DNA from: an uncultured virus (IMG/VR IMGVR_UViG_3300013131_000038)
Lineage: Duplodnaviria > Heunggongvirae > Uroviricota > Caudoviricetes
Virus record (IMG/VR): IMGVR_UViG_3300013131_000038
Coordinates: 1 to 64,000 of that record
Reading direction: 5' to 3' (one strand)
DNA length: 64,000 nucleotides
The notes beneath the pieces were generated by a model that worked only from the letters and a program-made list of their open reading frames with translations, searched no databases and had not been told where the DNA came from. Positions within the stretch are counted from its first letter, which is position 1, and each line of letters opens with the position of its first letter. A program made the position numbers and the translations under genes. This document shows positions 19,307-28,184 of the stretch, piece after piece.

Positions 19307-20463
19307 TGAGACAAGCAATTTCATATGAAATGCAGATGATGTTCGTTGGCTCCAGCGGAGCCTTCGTAGCTGCACAAAATACTGGACAAAAGATATCTCG
19401 CTTAGACTTTATCCAGTCATATGACTTTTCTTTCGATGTAGATCGTCAAGCATTGAAACAAATTGGGTCAAATGCTTTTGCTTCGCGTCAAACGCAACTT
19501 GCTCCCGACGTTTCTTTGAACGTGTCTTATCTGTTAAATGACGGGTGGAACGAAAAGCACTTGGGTCTAGAGTTTGTTAGTGGCTCTTACTCGAATCCAT
19601 TAACTTCTGTATTTGCAAATACTGGAGATAGAAATTTTTATGTTTTAATTGCGCAAGATCAGTACCAAGATGCGAACGCCGACACTTCGGCGCAAGATTA
19701 TAATGTTCTCGGCATCGGTAATGCGTTCATTACAAATTACGAGATTTCGCTATCTGTTGGAGGTCTAGCTTCGGCCACTTGTTCGTTTGTTGGGGCGAAC
19801 GCAAGCATTACGAACTATTCGAATGACCGTTACGTTCCTGCGGTTAATGTTGGCAATACGGGCGAAACGGCAGAGATGGATGACGTGAGATACGGAATCG
19901 ACTTCTTGGACAACTCGCGCTCTTCGCGCTACATCACTGGTTTCAAAGACGTGTTTGATAGCGGGTGCTCTTACAATGGTTGCACGATCTCAGCAACGCC
20001 AACGTTAGTATCGGGCATGAGGCTCGGCTTTGACTTTGATAACTTTCAGTCTGTTAGCGTGTCTATTCCACTGGAAAGAAAAGCCTTGTATGGTTTTGGC
20101 AGTAACTATCCAACAACGCGCAAGATTCAGATTCCAGTAGTCGCGGCCTTATCTATCGATTCGATAGTTGACTCGTTCCAAGCCGAAAACTTGGCAAATA
20201 CATTCAAGAGCGAAGACGTGGCGATCAGCGGCTACGATTTTGATGTCTTGTTTAAAAACTCAAGAGGCGTGGAAAAGTTTGGACTTAAAGTCCAAAATGC
20301 ACGCTTAGACTCGTATTCGCTCGGAGCGCAAATCGGAGATAGAACTTCGGTTCAAACTTCTTGGTCTTTCGAGATCACTCCAACGACTGGAATACTAGTT
20401 TCTGGATCGTTTGGAACGCCAACTTTAAGTTCAATTTATATTAACGAGTCAATCAACCCTTAA
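19306..20463 (+). CDS. Tail-tube-like paralog
   Basis: Full-length similarity to 5827-6954 (IQSYDFSFDVDRQ vs VQSANYGFSVARQ; IGNAFITNY vs IGNGFITNY). Confidence 0.7.
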   Translation: MRQAISYEMQMMFVGSSGAFVAAQNTGQKISRLDFIQSYDFSFDVDRQALKQIGSNAFASRQTQLAPDVSLNVSYLLNDGWNEKHLGLEFVSGSYSNPLTSVFANTGDRNFYVLIAQDQYQDANADTSAQDYNVLGIGNAFITNYEISLSVGGLASATCSFVGANASITNYSNDRYVPAVNVGNTGETAEMDDVRYGIDFLDNSRSSRYITGFKDVFDSGCSYNGCTISATPTLVSGMRLGFDFDNFQSVSVSIPLERKALYGFGSNYPTTRKIQIPVVAALSIDSIVDSFQAENLANTFKSEDVAISGYDFDVLFKNSRGVEKFGLKVQNARLDSYSLGAQIGDRTSVQTSWSFEITPTTGILVSGSFGTPTLSSIYINESINP

Positions 20464-20469
20464 TGTAAA
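20464..20469 (+). promoter_or_regulatory. TGTAAA motif 9 nt upstream of the tail fibre ATG
   Basis: TAATGTAAAGTATATAGAATG. Confidence 0.55.
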
Positions 20470-20478
20470 GTATATAGA

Positions 20479-23400
20479 ATGAGCAAAAGAATTTCAGACG
20501 TTACAGAGGCAACGCGGATCGACTCGAACGATCAGATCTTGTTCTTGCAAGCTTCTTCTAAGAAAACCAAAAGAATCTCAAGAGATAACTTTGCCAAGAG
20601 CCCCGGTTTCGGTGGAGCTATTCCTGAACTTTCTGGAGACATTGAAGCTCCAGCTACGCCAACTGGACTCGCAGTAACTACTGCGTCTGAAATCATGCCA
20701 GATGGCACCGAGCGTGTCATTATTCGTGCCAAGATCACGCCAAATACAGAAGAAGATTTAGAGTCGTATAGTTGGTATCTTAGACGTGCAAGCGGGACTC
20801 CAACGTTCGATGGCAGCGGCGTTTTGACTGGCTATTCGGTCGCTCAGGTTTTTACTCCAGTACTGGAGTCGATGCCAGCAGAAGGTAGTATTGGCACAGA
20901 TGGCAAAGTAACTAAAGAGTGGACGGTAGTTGCGAATAGTTATTACGAAGTTCGAGTTGCTGCTTTAGATACAGATGGAAATTTTTCTGATTACACGCAA
21001 CTCAATAACACGAATGTAATCTTGTCATCAAAAGACTCGGTTGCGCCAAATGCGCCAACAAGCGTCGCTGCGACATCTGCAATTAGATCTGTATTTTTGA
21101 CTTGGGTTAATCCAGCCGATAAAGATTTGGCTTATGTTAGAGTTTTTAGACCAACAAATGTAACCAATGCCTATAACATTGTTTCGGCAACAAGAAGCGC
21201 TACAACAGTAACGATTACAACAGCAACTGCGCATGGATACGCCAATGGAAATTCCGCAACGGTTGTGGGATTATCTGGGACCGTAAATCCAAACGGTTCA
21301 AAGACGGTTACGGTCGTAAACTCGACGCAGTTTACATACACGATAGCTTCTGCTATCGGATCTGAAACGTATGCCATAACTAATGGAACAACGACATTAA
21401 CGTCTAATGTTTTTTCTGTCTTTGATGGCTACGCAGATGCTTTTACCGACACTAGCACAGAACAGGGAAAGACTTATAGCTACTGGTTAACTGCCGTAGA
21501 CTATTCTGGAAATGAAAGCACTTATCCTTCGAATGTTGGTAGAACAACACCCGGTACTGTAGAAACGACCGACGTAAAAGATTTTGCCATCAATGCAACC
21601 AAGATGTACAACAATACGATTGTACTCGAAGGTGATTCTTGGACGAGCAATACTGGTACATATACTATTTCTTGGAACAGCCATTTTCTGTATTATCACG
21701 GAGTAAAGTATACTGTCGCATCTGGAAGCTTAACTGCGTCTTCTGAAGTTGCTGGGGCTAGAACTGCGTATGTTTACGCTACGATTCCAGTTTCTGGATC
21801 AACAATCACTTATAGCACATTTGTAGTTACTGGCACCACTTATCCAAATGATTATCCAGTCTTAACCGACTCGATGTTCATGATCGCTACAAATGTTAAT
21901 GGCGCTTATGACTTAGCTTGGAACGCTATTGCAAATGCGGTAATTGGTTCGGCGTATATCAAAAACGCGGCGATCGATAGCGCGAAGATCAGAGAAGTTA
22001 TTGCTGACAGAATTTCAACTGGAACAATTGATGCTAAAACACTAACGATCACTGGCGGCGGCGTTATCAAGAGCCCGGGCGTAACTAACTTCAGTTCAGG
22101 TCAAGGCTTTTATCTCGAAGGTACATCTTCGGGAACAACTTCTAGGTTTGGCGTTGGCGACTTAAGTGGCTCCGGTTCTTTCGTAAAGTTTGACGTTAAC
22201 ACGCTAACTGTTCAGGGAACGCTTCAAGCGACCGCTGGTCACTTCGGCGGCGCAACTGGCGTCACAATCAACGCTTCTGGTTTAACAGTATCGACTACTG
22301 GTATAATCAATTCTACTGGCACCAACTATAATTCTGGAACAACTCAATTCGATGGAACGGGCGGTTTCTTCTTGGGAAGAGTTGGAGGCGCGTATCAATT
22401 TTTTGTTGGGTACACAGCAGCAGATAAATTCATTCGATGGAACGGAACCGACCTGACCGTTCGCGGAACGATCAATGCCACCGCTGGCTACTTTGGGTCT
22501 TCGGCTAGCGTTGTTGCGGTAGACTCTTCTGGTTTGACAGTTTCAACGTCTGGAAGAATCAACGCTTCCGGCGTAACTTACAATTCTGGAACTACTGCTT
22601 TTGATGGTAATGGATTTTTCTTAGGTTATGCTGGTGCCGCTTATCAGTTTTTTACTGGAAGTGTCGCAAGCGGAAAGTTCATACGTTGGAACGGAACCGA
22701 CTTAACTGTTCAGGGAACGCTTCAAGCGACCGCTGGTCACTTCGGCGGCGCAGCTGGCGTCACAATCAACGCTTCTGGTTTGACAGTTTCAACGTCTGGA
22801 AGAATCAATGGAAACGTTAACTATAACGTTTCCTTTTCTCCTCCATTTGGAGGTGGCGACAGCAAGGGCTTTTTCTTAGGTTATGCTGGTGGCGCTTATC
22901 AATTTTTTATTGGACATGGTGGCGCGTCGCCTGGTCAATACCTATATTGGAACGGAACTTCCTTATCTATTACTGGAGAAATTAGAGCGATATCTGGTTA
23001 TATCGGAGGGACGACTAGTGGCTGGGAAATTACTTCGGGAACGATATCAAATTATAACGCAGCAAGCGGAAGAACTACTACGCTAACCTCTGATGCTAAA
23101 ATCGCAATATCAAATCCGCTGAGTACTATGACGCTAGACAATTCTTCTAATCAGGGAAGCATTACTATCAGCGGAACATATCCAGCGGTTCTTACCGCTG
23201 GCGTAGCAAATAGCGTTTTAACGCTTGGATCTGGAACAGCTAGATCTATCTTAAATCAAACTTCTGGTTTGTTTTTGGATGACGATGGAGTAGGAACTAG
23301 AAAAGTAACAATTAATACTACCTCGCCAGTAGAGCTTAGACGAGATGGATTATTTTTAGGGGTAGGTACTGGTAAAAAGATTGTCGTCGGATCGAGTACA

Positions 23401-24015
23401 TATTCTAGCATTCAAGATATCACAACTAGTGGATTTGCCATAAATGTAAAAGATGCTATAGTTGAAGTCGTCTCGACTATCCCAGACAATACTGGTCTTC
23501 TTAACCAAGGGCTAGAAACTTACAGAATGCGCGGGAACCCAACTACCGCAAACAATGAAATTTATTTGCGACAATATTTTAATCGTCATACGTTCGGTAG
23601 TACTTGGGATGGCGTTGGCATCAGATTCCAGCATCATGTTTATCAAAGCTTATATGGATTTATAGAGTTTAATTCGGCAATAGGAGTTGCTGGAAGAGAC
23701 ACAGATAAGTCTGTTGCTATTGGCAGCGGAGTCGATGAAAGACTAAGAATTAATCCTTTGTCCGTAAATATCAAAGATGTTAATCTGCGTATTTATAGCG
23801 GATCGACTCAATCGTGTAGAATTGACTACACTAATGGAGACTACTATATTCTTGGCAATAAGATTATTAGCGCAAGAAGAACGGGCTGGACCGCCGCGAC
23901 TGGGACCGCAACAAGAACGTCTTTCGACACATCAACTGTAACTACAGCGCAGCTGGCAGAGCGCGTCAAAGCTCTACTAGACGATCTAATCGCCCACGGA
24001 TTAGTCGGAGCTTAA
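20479..24015 (+). CDS. Tail fibre/receptor-binding protein with FN3 domains and ~83-aa internal repeats
   Basis: APATPTGL..YYEVRVAALD..GN.S and APNAPTSV..YSYWLTAVD.SGNES FN3 motifs, AYIKNAAIDSAKI, and GFFLG..YQFF.G..F(I)RWNGT.LT repeats. Confidence 0.85.
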   Translation: MSKRISDVTEATRIDSNDQILFLQASSKKTKRISRDNFAKSPGFGGAIPELSGDIEAPATPTGLAVTTASEIMPDGTERVIIRAKITPNTEEDLESYSWYLRRASGTPTFDGSGVLTGYSVAQVFTPVLESMPAEGSIGTDGKVTKEWTVVANSYYEVRVAALDTDGNFSDYTQLNNTNVILSSKDSVAPNAPTSVAATSAIRSVFLTWVNPADKDLAYVRVFRPTNVTNAYNIVSATRSATTVTITTATAHGYANGNSATVVGLSGTVNPNGSKTVTVVNSTQFTYTIASAIGSETYAITNGTTTLTSNVFSVFDGYADAFTDTSTEQGKTYSYWLTAVDYSGNESTYPSNVGRTTPGTVETTDVKDFAINATKMYNNTIVLEGDSWTSNTGTYTISWNSHFLYYHGVKYTVASGSLTASSEVAGARTAYVYATIPVSGSTITYSTFVVTGTTYPNDYPVLTDSMFMIATNVNGAYDLAWNAIANAVIGSAYIKNAAIDSAKIREVIADRISTGTIDAKTLTITGGGVIKSPGVTNFSSGQGFYLEGTSSGTTSRFGVGDLSGSGSFVKFDVNTLTVQGTLQATAGHFGGATGVTINASGLTVSTTGIINSTGTNYNSGTTQFDGTGGFFLGRVGGAYQFFVGYTAADKFIRWNGTDLTVRGTINATAGYFGSSASVVAVDSSGLTVSTSGRINASGVTYNSGTTAFDGNGFFLGYAGAAYQFFTGSVASGKFIRWNGTDLTVQGTLQATAGHFGGAAGVTINASGLTVSTSGRINGNVNYNVSFSPPFGGGDSKGFFLGYAGGAYQFFIGHGGASPGQYLYWNGTSLSITGEIRAISGYIGGTTSGWEITSGTISNYNAASGRTTTLTSDAKIAISNPLSTMTLDNSSNQGSITISGTYPAVLTAGVANSVLTLGSGTARSILNQTSGLFLDDDGVGTRKVTINTTSPVELRRDGLFLGVGTGKKIVVGSSTYSSIQDITTSGFAINVKDAIVEVVSTIPDNTGLLNQGLETYRMRGNPTTANNEIYLRQYFNRHTFGSTWDGVGIRFQHHVYQSLYGFIEFNSAIGVAGRDTDKSVAIGSGVDERLRINPLSVNIKDVNLRIYSGSTQSCRIDYTNGDYYILGNKIISARRTGWTAATGTATRTSFDTSTVTTAQLAERVKALLDDLIAHGLVGA
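22205..22808 (+). repeat. Near-identical intragenic direct repeats in the tail fibre
   Basis: 22205-22283 vs 22703-22781 (79 bp, 1 mismatch). 22526-22562 vs 22772-22808 (37 bp, identical). Confidence 0.9.
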
Positions 24016-24392
24016 TAGTCTACTTTGATATGCTTCGACTCGAACTTCTTCTTTTGTTCGGGATGCTTCGCGCCTTTTCTGCTATCCGAGTATTCTTTGA
24101 AGAACTTGTCTTTGACGGGATCGCTGCCGCCGTTTTTGTCTGCGCGTTTTTCACTCAGTTCTTTGCTCTTGTCTAGCAAATCGCCCATCGATCCCTTCTT
24201 GTTGCGCGTTGCGTCTAAGAATGCTTGTGGGTTATTCGGGTCTATTTGCGAGTCTGTTGACGCATTGGGGATAGAGAACACTCTGTTCCACTTTAGCCCG
24301 TTTTCGTCGGTATATGAGTGGTCCTCGTTCATTGTTTGAACGATATCGACTCGCTCGCCAGTCTCGGGATGCTCGTAAGTGTAAATAGGCAT
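24012..24392 (-). CDS. FmdB-like small protein lacking the zinc-ribbon cysteines
   Basis: MPIYTYEHPETGE...Q.M N-terminus resembles the MPIY.Y.C..CG family. Confidence 0.55.
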   Translation of the reverse strand: MPIYTYEHPETGERVDIVQTMNEDHSYTDENGLKWNRVFSIPNASTDSQIDPNNPQAFLDATRNKKGSMGDLLDKSKELSEKRADKNGGSDPVKDKFFKEYSDSRKGAKHPEQKKKFESKHIKVDY

Positions 24393-24405
24393 ATAAAATG
24401 ATAAT

Positions 24406-24437
24406 AAAAAAGGCGCTTTTTCAAGCGCCTTTGTTTT
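24406..24437 (-). terminator. Intrinsic terminator after hsp20
   Basis: AAAGGCGCTT-tttc-AAGCGCCTTT stem, with a U tract on the minus strand. Confidence 0.8.
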
Positions 24438-24880
24438 TAGTCGATTCGAACTTTGCGGGGTTTGGCCGCTTCCTTGAATGGAATCCTAATAGTTAGGACC
24501 TCTTCGCGAAGCGTAGAATTGATCTGATCAAGATCGTAGTCTTGAAGAAGAGTGAGCCTGAAGTGAATCGGCTTCGTCTTCTGGTTGTCCATATCTACAA
24601 CAACGTCTCCACCGTTAGGCTCAACAGAAACGTCGATCTGAGAAGCTTTAAAGTCGGGAGCAAAAAGCTTCAGAACGAATTCTTTGTCGTCAGCAGTTTG
24701 CTGAAGAATCGTTGGTTGTGGGTCAATGTCGATCTTACTGAACTGAGACTCGCTCGTTAGCGTGCCTGCCGCCAATTCAAGCAAATCAGCGAATCTACCG
24801 CCATAAGAGCTATAAGTCGAATACGAATAGACGTTAGGATTAAATGTAACTTTTGGATTTGATATTGTGAATAGTTGCAT
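24437..24880 (-). CDS. Small heat-shock protein (Hsp20/alpha-crystallin), divergent
   Basis: FVLKLFAPDFKASQIDVSVE...YDLDQINSTLREEVLTIRIP and C-terminal KPRKVRID (I/V-x-I). Confidence 0.75.
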   Translation of the reverse strand: MQLFTISNPKVTFNPNVYSYSTYSSYGGRFADLLELAAGTLTSESQFSKIDIDPQPTILQQTADDKEFVLKLFAPDFKASQIDVSVEPNGGDVVVDMDNQKTKPIHFRLTLLQDYDLDQINSTLREEVLTIRIPFKEAAKPRKVRID

Positions 24881-24907
24881 ATTGCGCCATAGTTGGCTTT
24901 TATTCTA

Positions 24908-24925
24908 TTGCACGCTGCGTGCCAA
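24908..24925 (-). promoter_or_regulatory. Sigma-54 (-24/-12) promoter for hsp20
   Basis: Minus strand TTGGCACGCAGCGTGCAA with exact GG-N10-GC spacing, ~28 nt upstream of ATG. Confidence 0.7.
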
Positions 24926-24945
24926 ATTTTCCCTAGGGAAAACGT

Positions 24946-26043
24946 CTAAACCTTTGCCAGAACGTCTCTTATATGAGTCAAAGTGTTCGCGTAAGTGAGT
25001 TTTTGACCCAACGCAACGCCAGCGTCGTTCTTCTTACCAGATAAGGTAAGCTCAACAGCCTTTTCGATAGCAGCTACGGCAGCATCGTCCGAGAAATCGT
25101 AAATGTTGCCTTGGTTAAAGTCGGAACCTTTCTTGAAGAAAGTCCCGTCATAAGCCTCGATTTTGCCCGTTGACTCAACGAGGATAGAGTTATCCTTGGT
25201 CGCCCAGTCTTTGTGGCTCGTAGCGTTCAGTACGATGCTCCACTTGCCAAGGCAAGTTGCGTTGAACGCAGGAAGACCCCAACCTTCTGCGCCGCTAAGA
25301 CCAGAGAGGTCAATATCGGCAGAGTTAATGATGTCGTTGACTTCGGCGTTCGTCGCGACGAAAGGCAGGAAGTTGATATTTGAAGCGAGGCTCTTGTAAC
25401 CCATTACCATCTTCTTCATCAGTTCCTTGTCGAGAAACGGATTCATAACCGAGCAACTAAGTTGGAACTTTGGATTGTTGCCGTACTTCTTTGCCCAGAG
25501 CTTAATGATCTTGTCCGTATGCTTGCGCTTTTCGAACTTGCCCATCAGCAAGAAGTGAGTCTTTCCCTCAAGATACTTTTTATTCGTTTTAAAGAAACTC
25601 GGATCGAAACCAAGCGGAGCAGAGTACACGTTAGCGCACCCGTTGCTTACGAACGAGTCTCTAGCATACGAGCTAGAGAAGATCGTCGCGTCTTGAAGCG
25701 CAACTATTGCATTTTCTACAACAGTTGGCTGATCGAGTTCATAAAACGAAAACAGTACTTGCTTTTTCGTGAGACGCTTCTCGGCTCCGTTAATGTGCCA
25801 AAGCTTCAAAGACACTGCATCCTTAGAAAGATCTCTGTACCGATTGTCGATTAGACTTTTGATCCAATCGACAAACTCGGCGTCTTTCTTATCGAACGCA
25901 GACAGGTCTACGTTCGAGATCGGAAAGTACGAAACCTTAAAGGACGAGTCGCTTTGCTGGAGCTTGTAAAGCTCTTTGAGAATGTTATACGCAACATTCC
26001 CAAACGACACTTGGTTTAACGGAGCTTCGAAGACAACGTGCAT
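24946..26043 (-). CDS. Glycosyltransferase family 4-like (GT-B)
   Basis: MGKFEKRKH and SGAEGWGLPAF motifs. Confidence 0.8.
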   Translation of the reverse strand: MHVVFEAPLNQVSFGNVAYNILKELYKLQQSDSSFKVSYFPISNVDLSAFDKKDAEFVDWIKSLIDNRYRDLSKDAVSLKLWHINGAEKRLTKKQVLFSFYELDQPTVVENAIVALQDATIFSSSYARDSFVSNGCANVYSAPLGFDPSFFKTNKKYLEGKTHFLLMGKFEKRKHTDKIIKLWAKKYGNNPKFQLSCSVMNPFLDKELMKKMVMGYKSLASNINFLPFVATNAEVNDIINSADIDLSGLSGAEGWGLPAFNATCLGKWSIVLNATSHKDWATKDNSILVESTGKIEAYDGTFFKKGSDFNQGNIYDFSDDAAVAAIEKAVELTLSGKKNDAGVALGQKLTYANTLTHIRDVLAKV

Positions 26044-26519
26044 TAGATTGGAATTTCTTCGTCGTTAGACTCTTCCTGCTGACGTGGAGCGGGCTTTGCC
26101 TTTTGATAAGTTGGCTTGGCTGGAGCCGAGGAAAACTTATTCGTGTTGGCAGCGGGTCGCGCCGCAGGGCGTGCAGCTTGAGCAACGTCTTCTTCGCCTT
26201 GAGCCTCGTCCTTACGCTTGCTTCCGATGAAGCTGACACGCTCGGCAACAACGAGAATCTTCGAACGCTTCTCGCCGTTCTTTTCCCAAGTGTCTTGCTT
26301 GAGACGACCAGTTACTGCAACTGCACTACCCTTCTTGACATAGTTCGTGACGAAGTCCGCTTGCTTTTCCCAAGCATCGACATCGATATAAACCGTTTCC
26401 TTGTCGTTGATTGGATTGTTAATGGCGAGGCGAATCGTCGCGATGGCCTTTCCTGTCAAAGTCGATCTCGCTTCTGGGTCCGAGACGACGTTTCCTGCTA
26501 GTACTACTACATTAATCAT
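26043..26519 (-). CDS. ssb: Single-stranded DNA-binding protein
   Basis: INVVVLAGNV..DPE, KGSAVAVTGRLKQDTWE, acidic tail DEEIPI. Confidence 0.95.
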   Translation of the reverse strand: MINVVVLAGNVVSDPEARSTLTGKAIATIRLAINNPINDKETVYIDVDAWEKQADFVTNYVKKGSAVAVTGRLKQDTWEKNGEKRSKILVVAERVSFIGSKRKDEAQGEEDVAQAARPAARPAANTNKFSSAPAKPTYQKAKPAPRQQEESNDEEIPI

Positions 26520-27093
26520 GATGTTTTTGATAGTTTTTTTTCAGAGTTTTGAATGCTGAATTGTGGATATTGATACATCCTTGAATCGATAAGTCAAGTT
26601 CTTTTGCGATTTTTCTCCAAGGCGTGGGCTTTTTCTTGCCGTTTAAATAACGTAACCGAAAAATCTTTTCGATACGTTTGTCGTCAAAACACGCGAGTTC
26701 TTTAAAAATTTCTTTTAAAACTTTTTGGTCAGATGTTTCCGTGTTCTCGGAAGTTTCAAACGCGCAGTCGAAACCGTCTTCCATTGGAAGGTGCCGCTTC
26801 TTGTTCGAAGAGTTCAAACACAACCAACGAGTATGGTTTCCAAGGTAAGTTGAGAATTTGATGTTACGTTTCTCGTCGAACGATTTGACTGCGTCAAAAA
26901 TATGAGACTCGCGCCCATTGATAAGATCGTGAAAATTATCGATAGAAGTTTCTCTCGGGGCATAATTGTGGACCATCTGCAAGTAGATGCCCGAATGGCG
27001 ATTTACAATCTCTTTAAAACAAAGACTGTCGCCGTTGTGACGGACCTCCTCGATCAAATCGAGGTCGTTCATTTGTTCGGGCATCAACTTCAT
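26512..27093 (-). CDS. Phage RNA polymerase sigma-70 family factor
   Basis: Region 2 AVKSFDEKRNIKFSTYL and region 4 HTH RLRY...WRKIAKELDLSIQGCINIH. Confidence 0.85.
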   Translation of the reverse strand: MKLMPEQMNDLDLIEEVRHNGDSLCFKEIVNRHSGIYLQMVHNYAPRETSIDNFHDLINGRESHIFDAVKSFDEKRNIKFSTYLGNHTRWLCLNSSNKKRHLPMEDGFDCAFETSENTETSDQKVLKEIFKELACFDDKRIEKIFRLRYLNGKKKPTPWRKIAKELDLSIQGCINIHNSAFKTLKKNYQKHHD

Positions 27094-27605
27094 GCGCCTG
27101 TGCTACCGAAGCCCGCCTTTCCGCGAAGAGACTCATCGAGACTTTCGGCTACAAAAAGTTTGGGTTTTACCGCTGGCATAAACACAAGCTGACCAATCTT
27201 GTCGCCCATTTTGTAAATCTTATCGAACTCTGGAACAGTCTTGCCGAAGTACCTAAAGCGCAGTTTAATCGAACCTCTGTAACCGCTGTCGATTACCCCC
27301 ACAGAGTTCGTCAAGGCTAGCTGATAATTGCTGATGCTCGACCTCGGGAAAACAAGAGAGAAACAATTAGTTGGAGGTTGGATTACAACGCCCGTATCGT
27401 ACTCGATGTACATGGGCTTTAAGCTCTTCGATTTTCTATCGTAAATCAGATGAGGAATCGTTGAGGCTACGAGATCCCAACCAACATCGCCTTCTGCTGG
27501 GGCGATCAGGTTGTTTTCAAAGCCATTTTTGAGAACTTTGAACGCTGGAGACGGGTAAGAATTTTGCTTTCCTGCTTGCTTCGAAACGTAGAGATTTTCT
27601 TCCAT
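27090..27605 (-). CDS. dut: Trimeric dUTPase
   Basis: GDVGWDL, FPRSS, NSVGVIDSGYRG, IGQLV, RGKAGFGSTG. Start ATG 27605 preferred from the promoter position. Confidence 0.95.
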   Translation of the reverse strand: MEENLYVSKQAGKQNSYPSPAFKVLKNGFENNLIAPAEGDVGWDLVASTIPHLIYDRKSKSLKPMYIEYDTGVVIQPPTNCFSLVFPRSSISNYQLALTNSVGVIDSGYRGSIKLRFRYFGKTVPEFDKIYKMGDKIGQLVFMPAVKPKLFVAESLDESLRGKAGFGSTGA

Positions 27606-27611
27606 GACCGC

Positions 27612-27641
27612 AGAGTAGATCAACATAATCGAACTTGTCAA
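27612..27641 (-). promoter_or_regulatory. Sigma-70-type promoter for dut operon, predicted leaderless
   Basis: TTGACA-N18-TACTCT, 6 nt before ATG 27605. Confidence 0.55.
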
Positions 27642-27670
27642 TGGTTTTTCCACAAGGTCACGCGAAGCGT

Positions 27671-27696
27671 AATTTAAAACCGATAGGTTTTAAATT
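27671..27696. repeat. Perfect 11-bp AT-rich inverted repeat
   Basis: AATTTAAAACC-gata-GGTTTTAAATT. Confidence 0.9.
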
Positions 27697-27698
27697 TA

Positions 27699-27807
27699 AG
27701 GATAGGGATAGGGTGAGCGGAGCGGTTGGGGGATAATAGGGGGGAGAGTCCGAGAGGGGGGAAAGAAGGGGGAAGGAGAGGAGAGAGGGAAAGGGAAAGG
27801 AAGGGGG
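27699..27807 (+). other. Purine/G-run-rich non-coding tract (G-quadruplex-capable, origin candidate)
   Basis: Many runs of 3 to 6 G, almost all purines, lying between divergent gene blocks. Confidence 0.6.
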
Positions 27808-27850
27808 TTTTTCTGCCGAACAAAATTCTATTTGTTTTTTGCATTTTTCG

Positions 27851-27856
27851 TGTAAA
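27851..27856 (+). promoter_or_regulatory. TGTAAA motif 7 nt upstream of ATG 27864
   Basis: CGTGTAAAAATTAGTATG. Confidence 0.6.
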
Positions 27857-27863
27857 AATTAGT

Positions 27864-28184
27864 ATGTCTGATGACAAAGATCTTCTAAAACTTTTCCTCG
27901 AAAGCGGATGGATGGTATCGATAATCGGAGCCGCAGGAATGATCGCCAGACTAGTTTCAAACCCGCTCAAAAAGGCCAATTGCATGGACTATTTCCGCAA
28001 GATCTTTGTTGCCTCGGTTACTTCAACAATTGCTTGGTTTATCGTTGAGCAGATTGAGATTAGCTCGATCACGAAAGCCATAACTTATGGCGTGGTTGGC
28101 GTCGTAAGTCCAGAGATCATCGATGCCTTGATTAATCTTGCGAAGGGCGTTTCAAAAGATCCGATCAAAATCATCAAAAAGTAA
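27864..28184 (+). CDS. Holin-like small membrane protein
   Basis: 106 aa, ~3 hydrophobic segments, charged C-terminus. Confidence 0.55.
   Translation: MSDDKDLLKLFLESGWMVSIIGAAGMIARLVSNPLKKANCMDYFRKIFVASVTSTIAWFIVEQIEISSITKAITYGVVGVVSPEIIDALINLAKGVSKDPIKIIKK

Noticed and set aside
22205..22808. Diversity-generating retroelement TR/VR pair
   Set aside because: No reverse transcriptase in the window, both copies are in-frame within one gene, and there is only one mismatch.
27674..27985. ORF 27674-27985(-) and the N-terminal extension 27726-27863(+)
   Set aside because: These are low-complexity translations of the G-rich tract. ATG 27864 has the TGTAAA motif.
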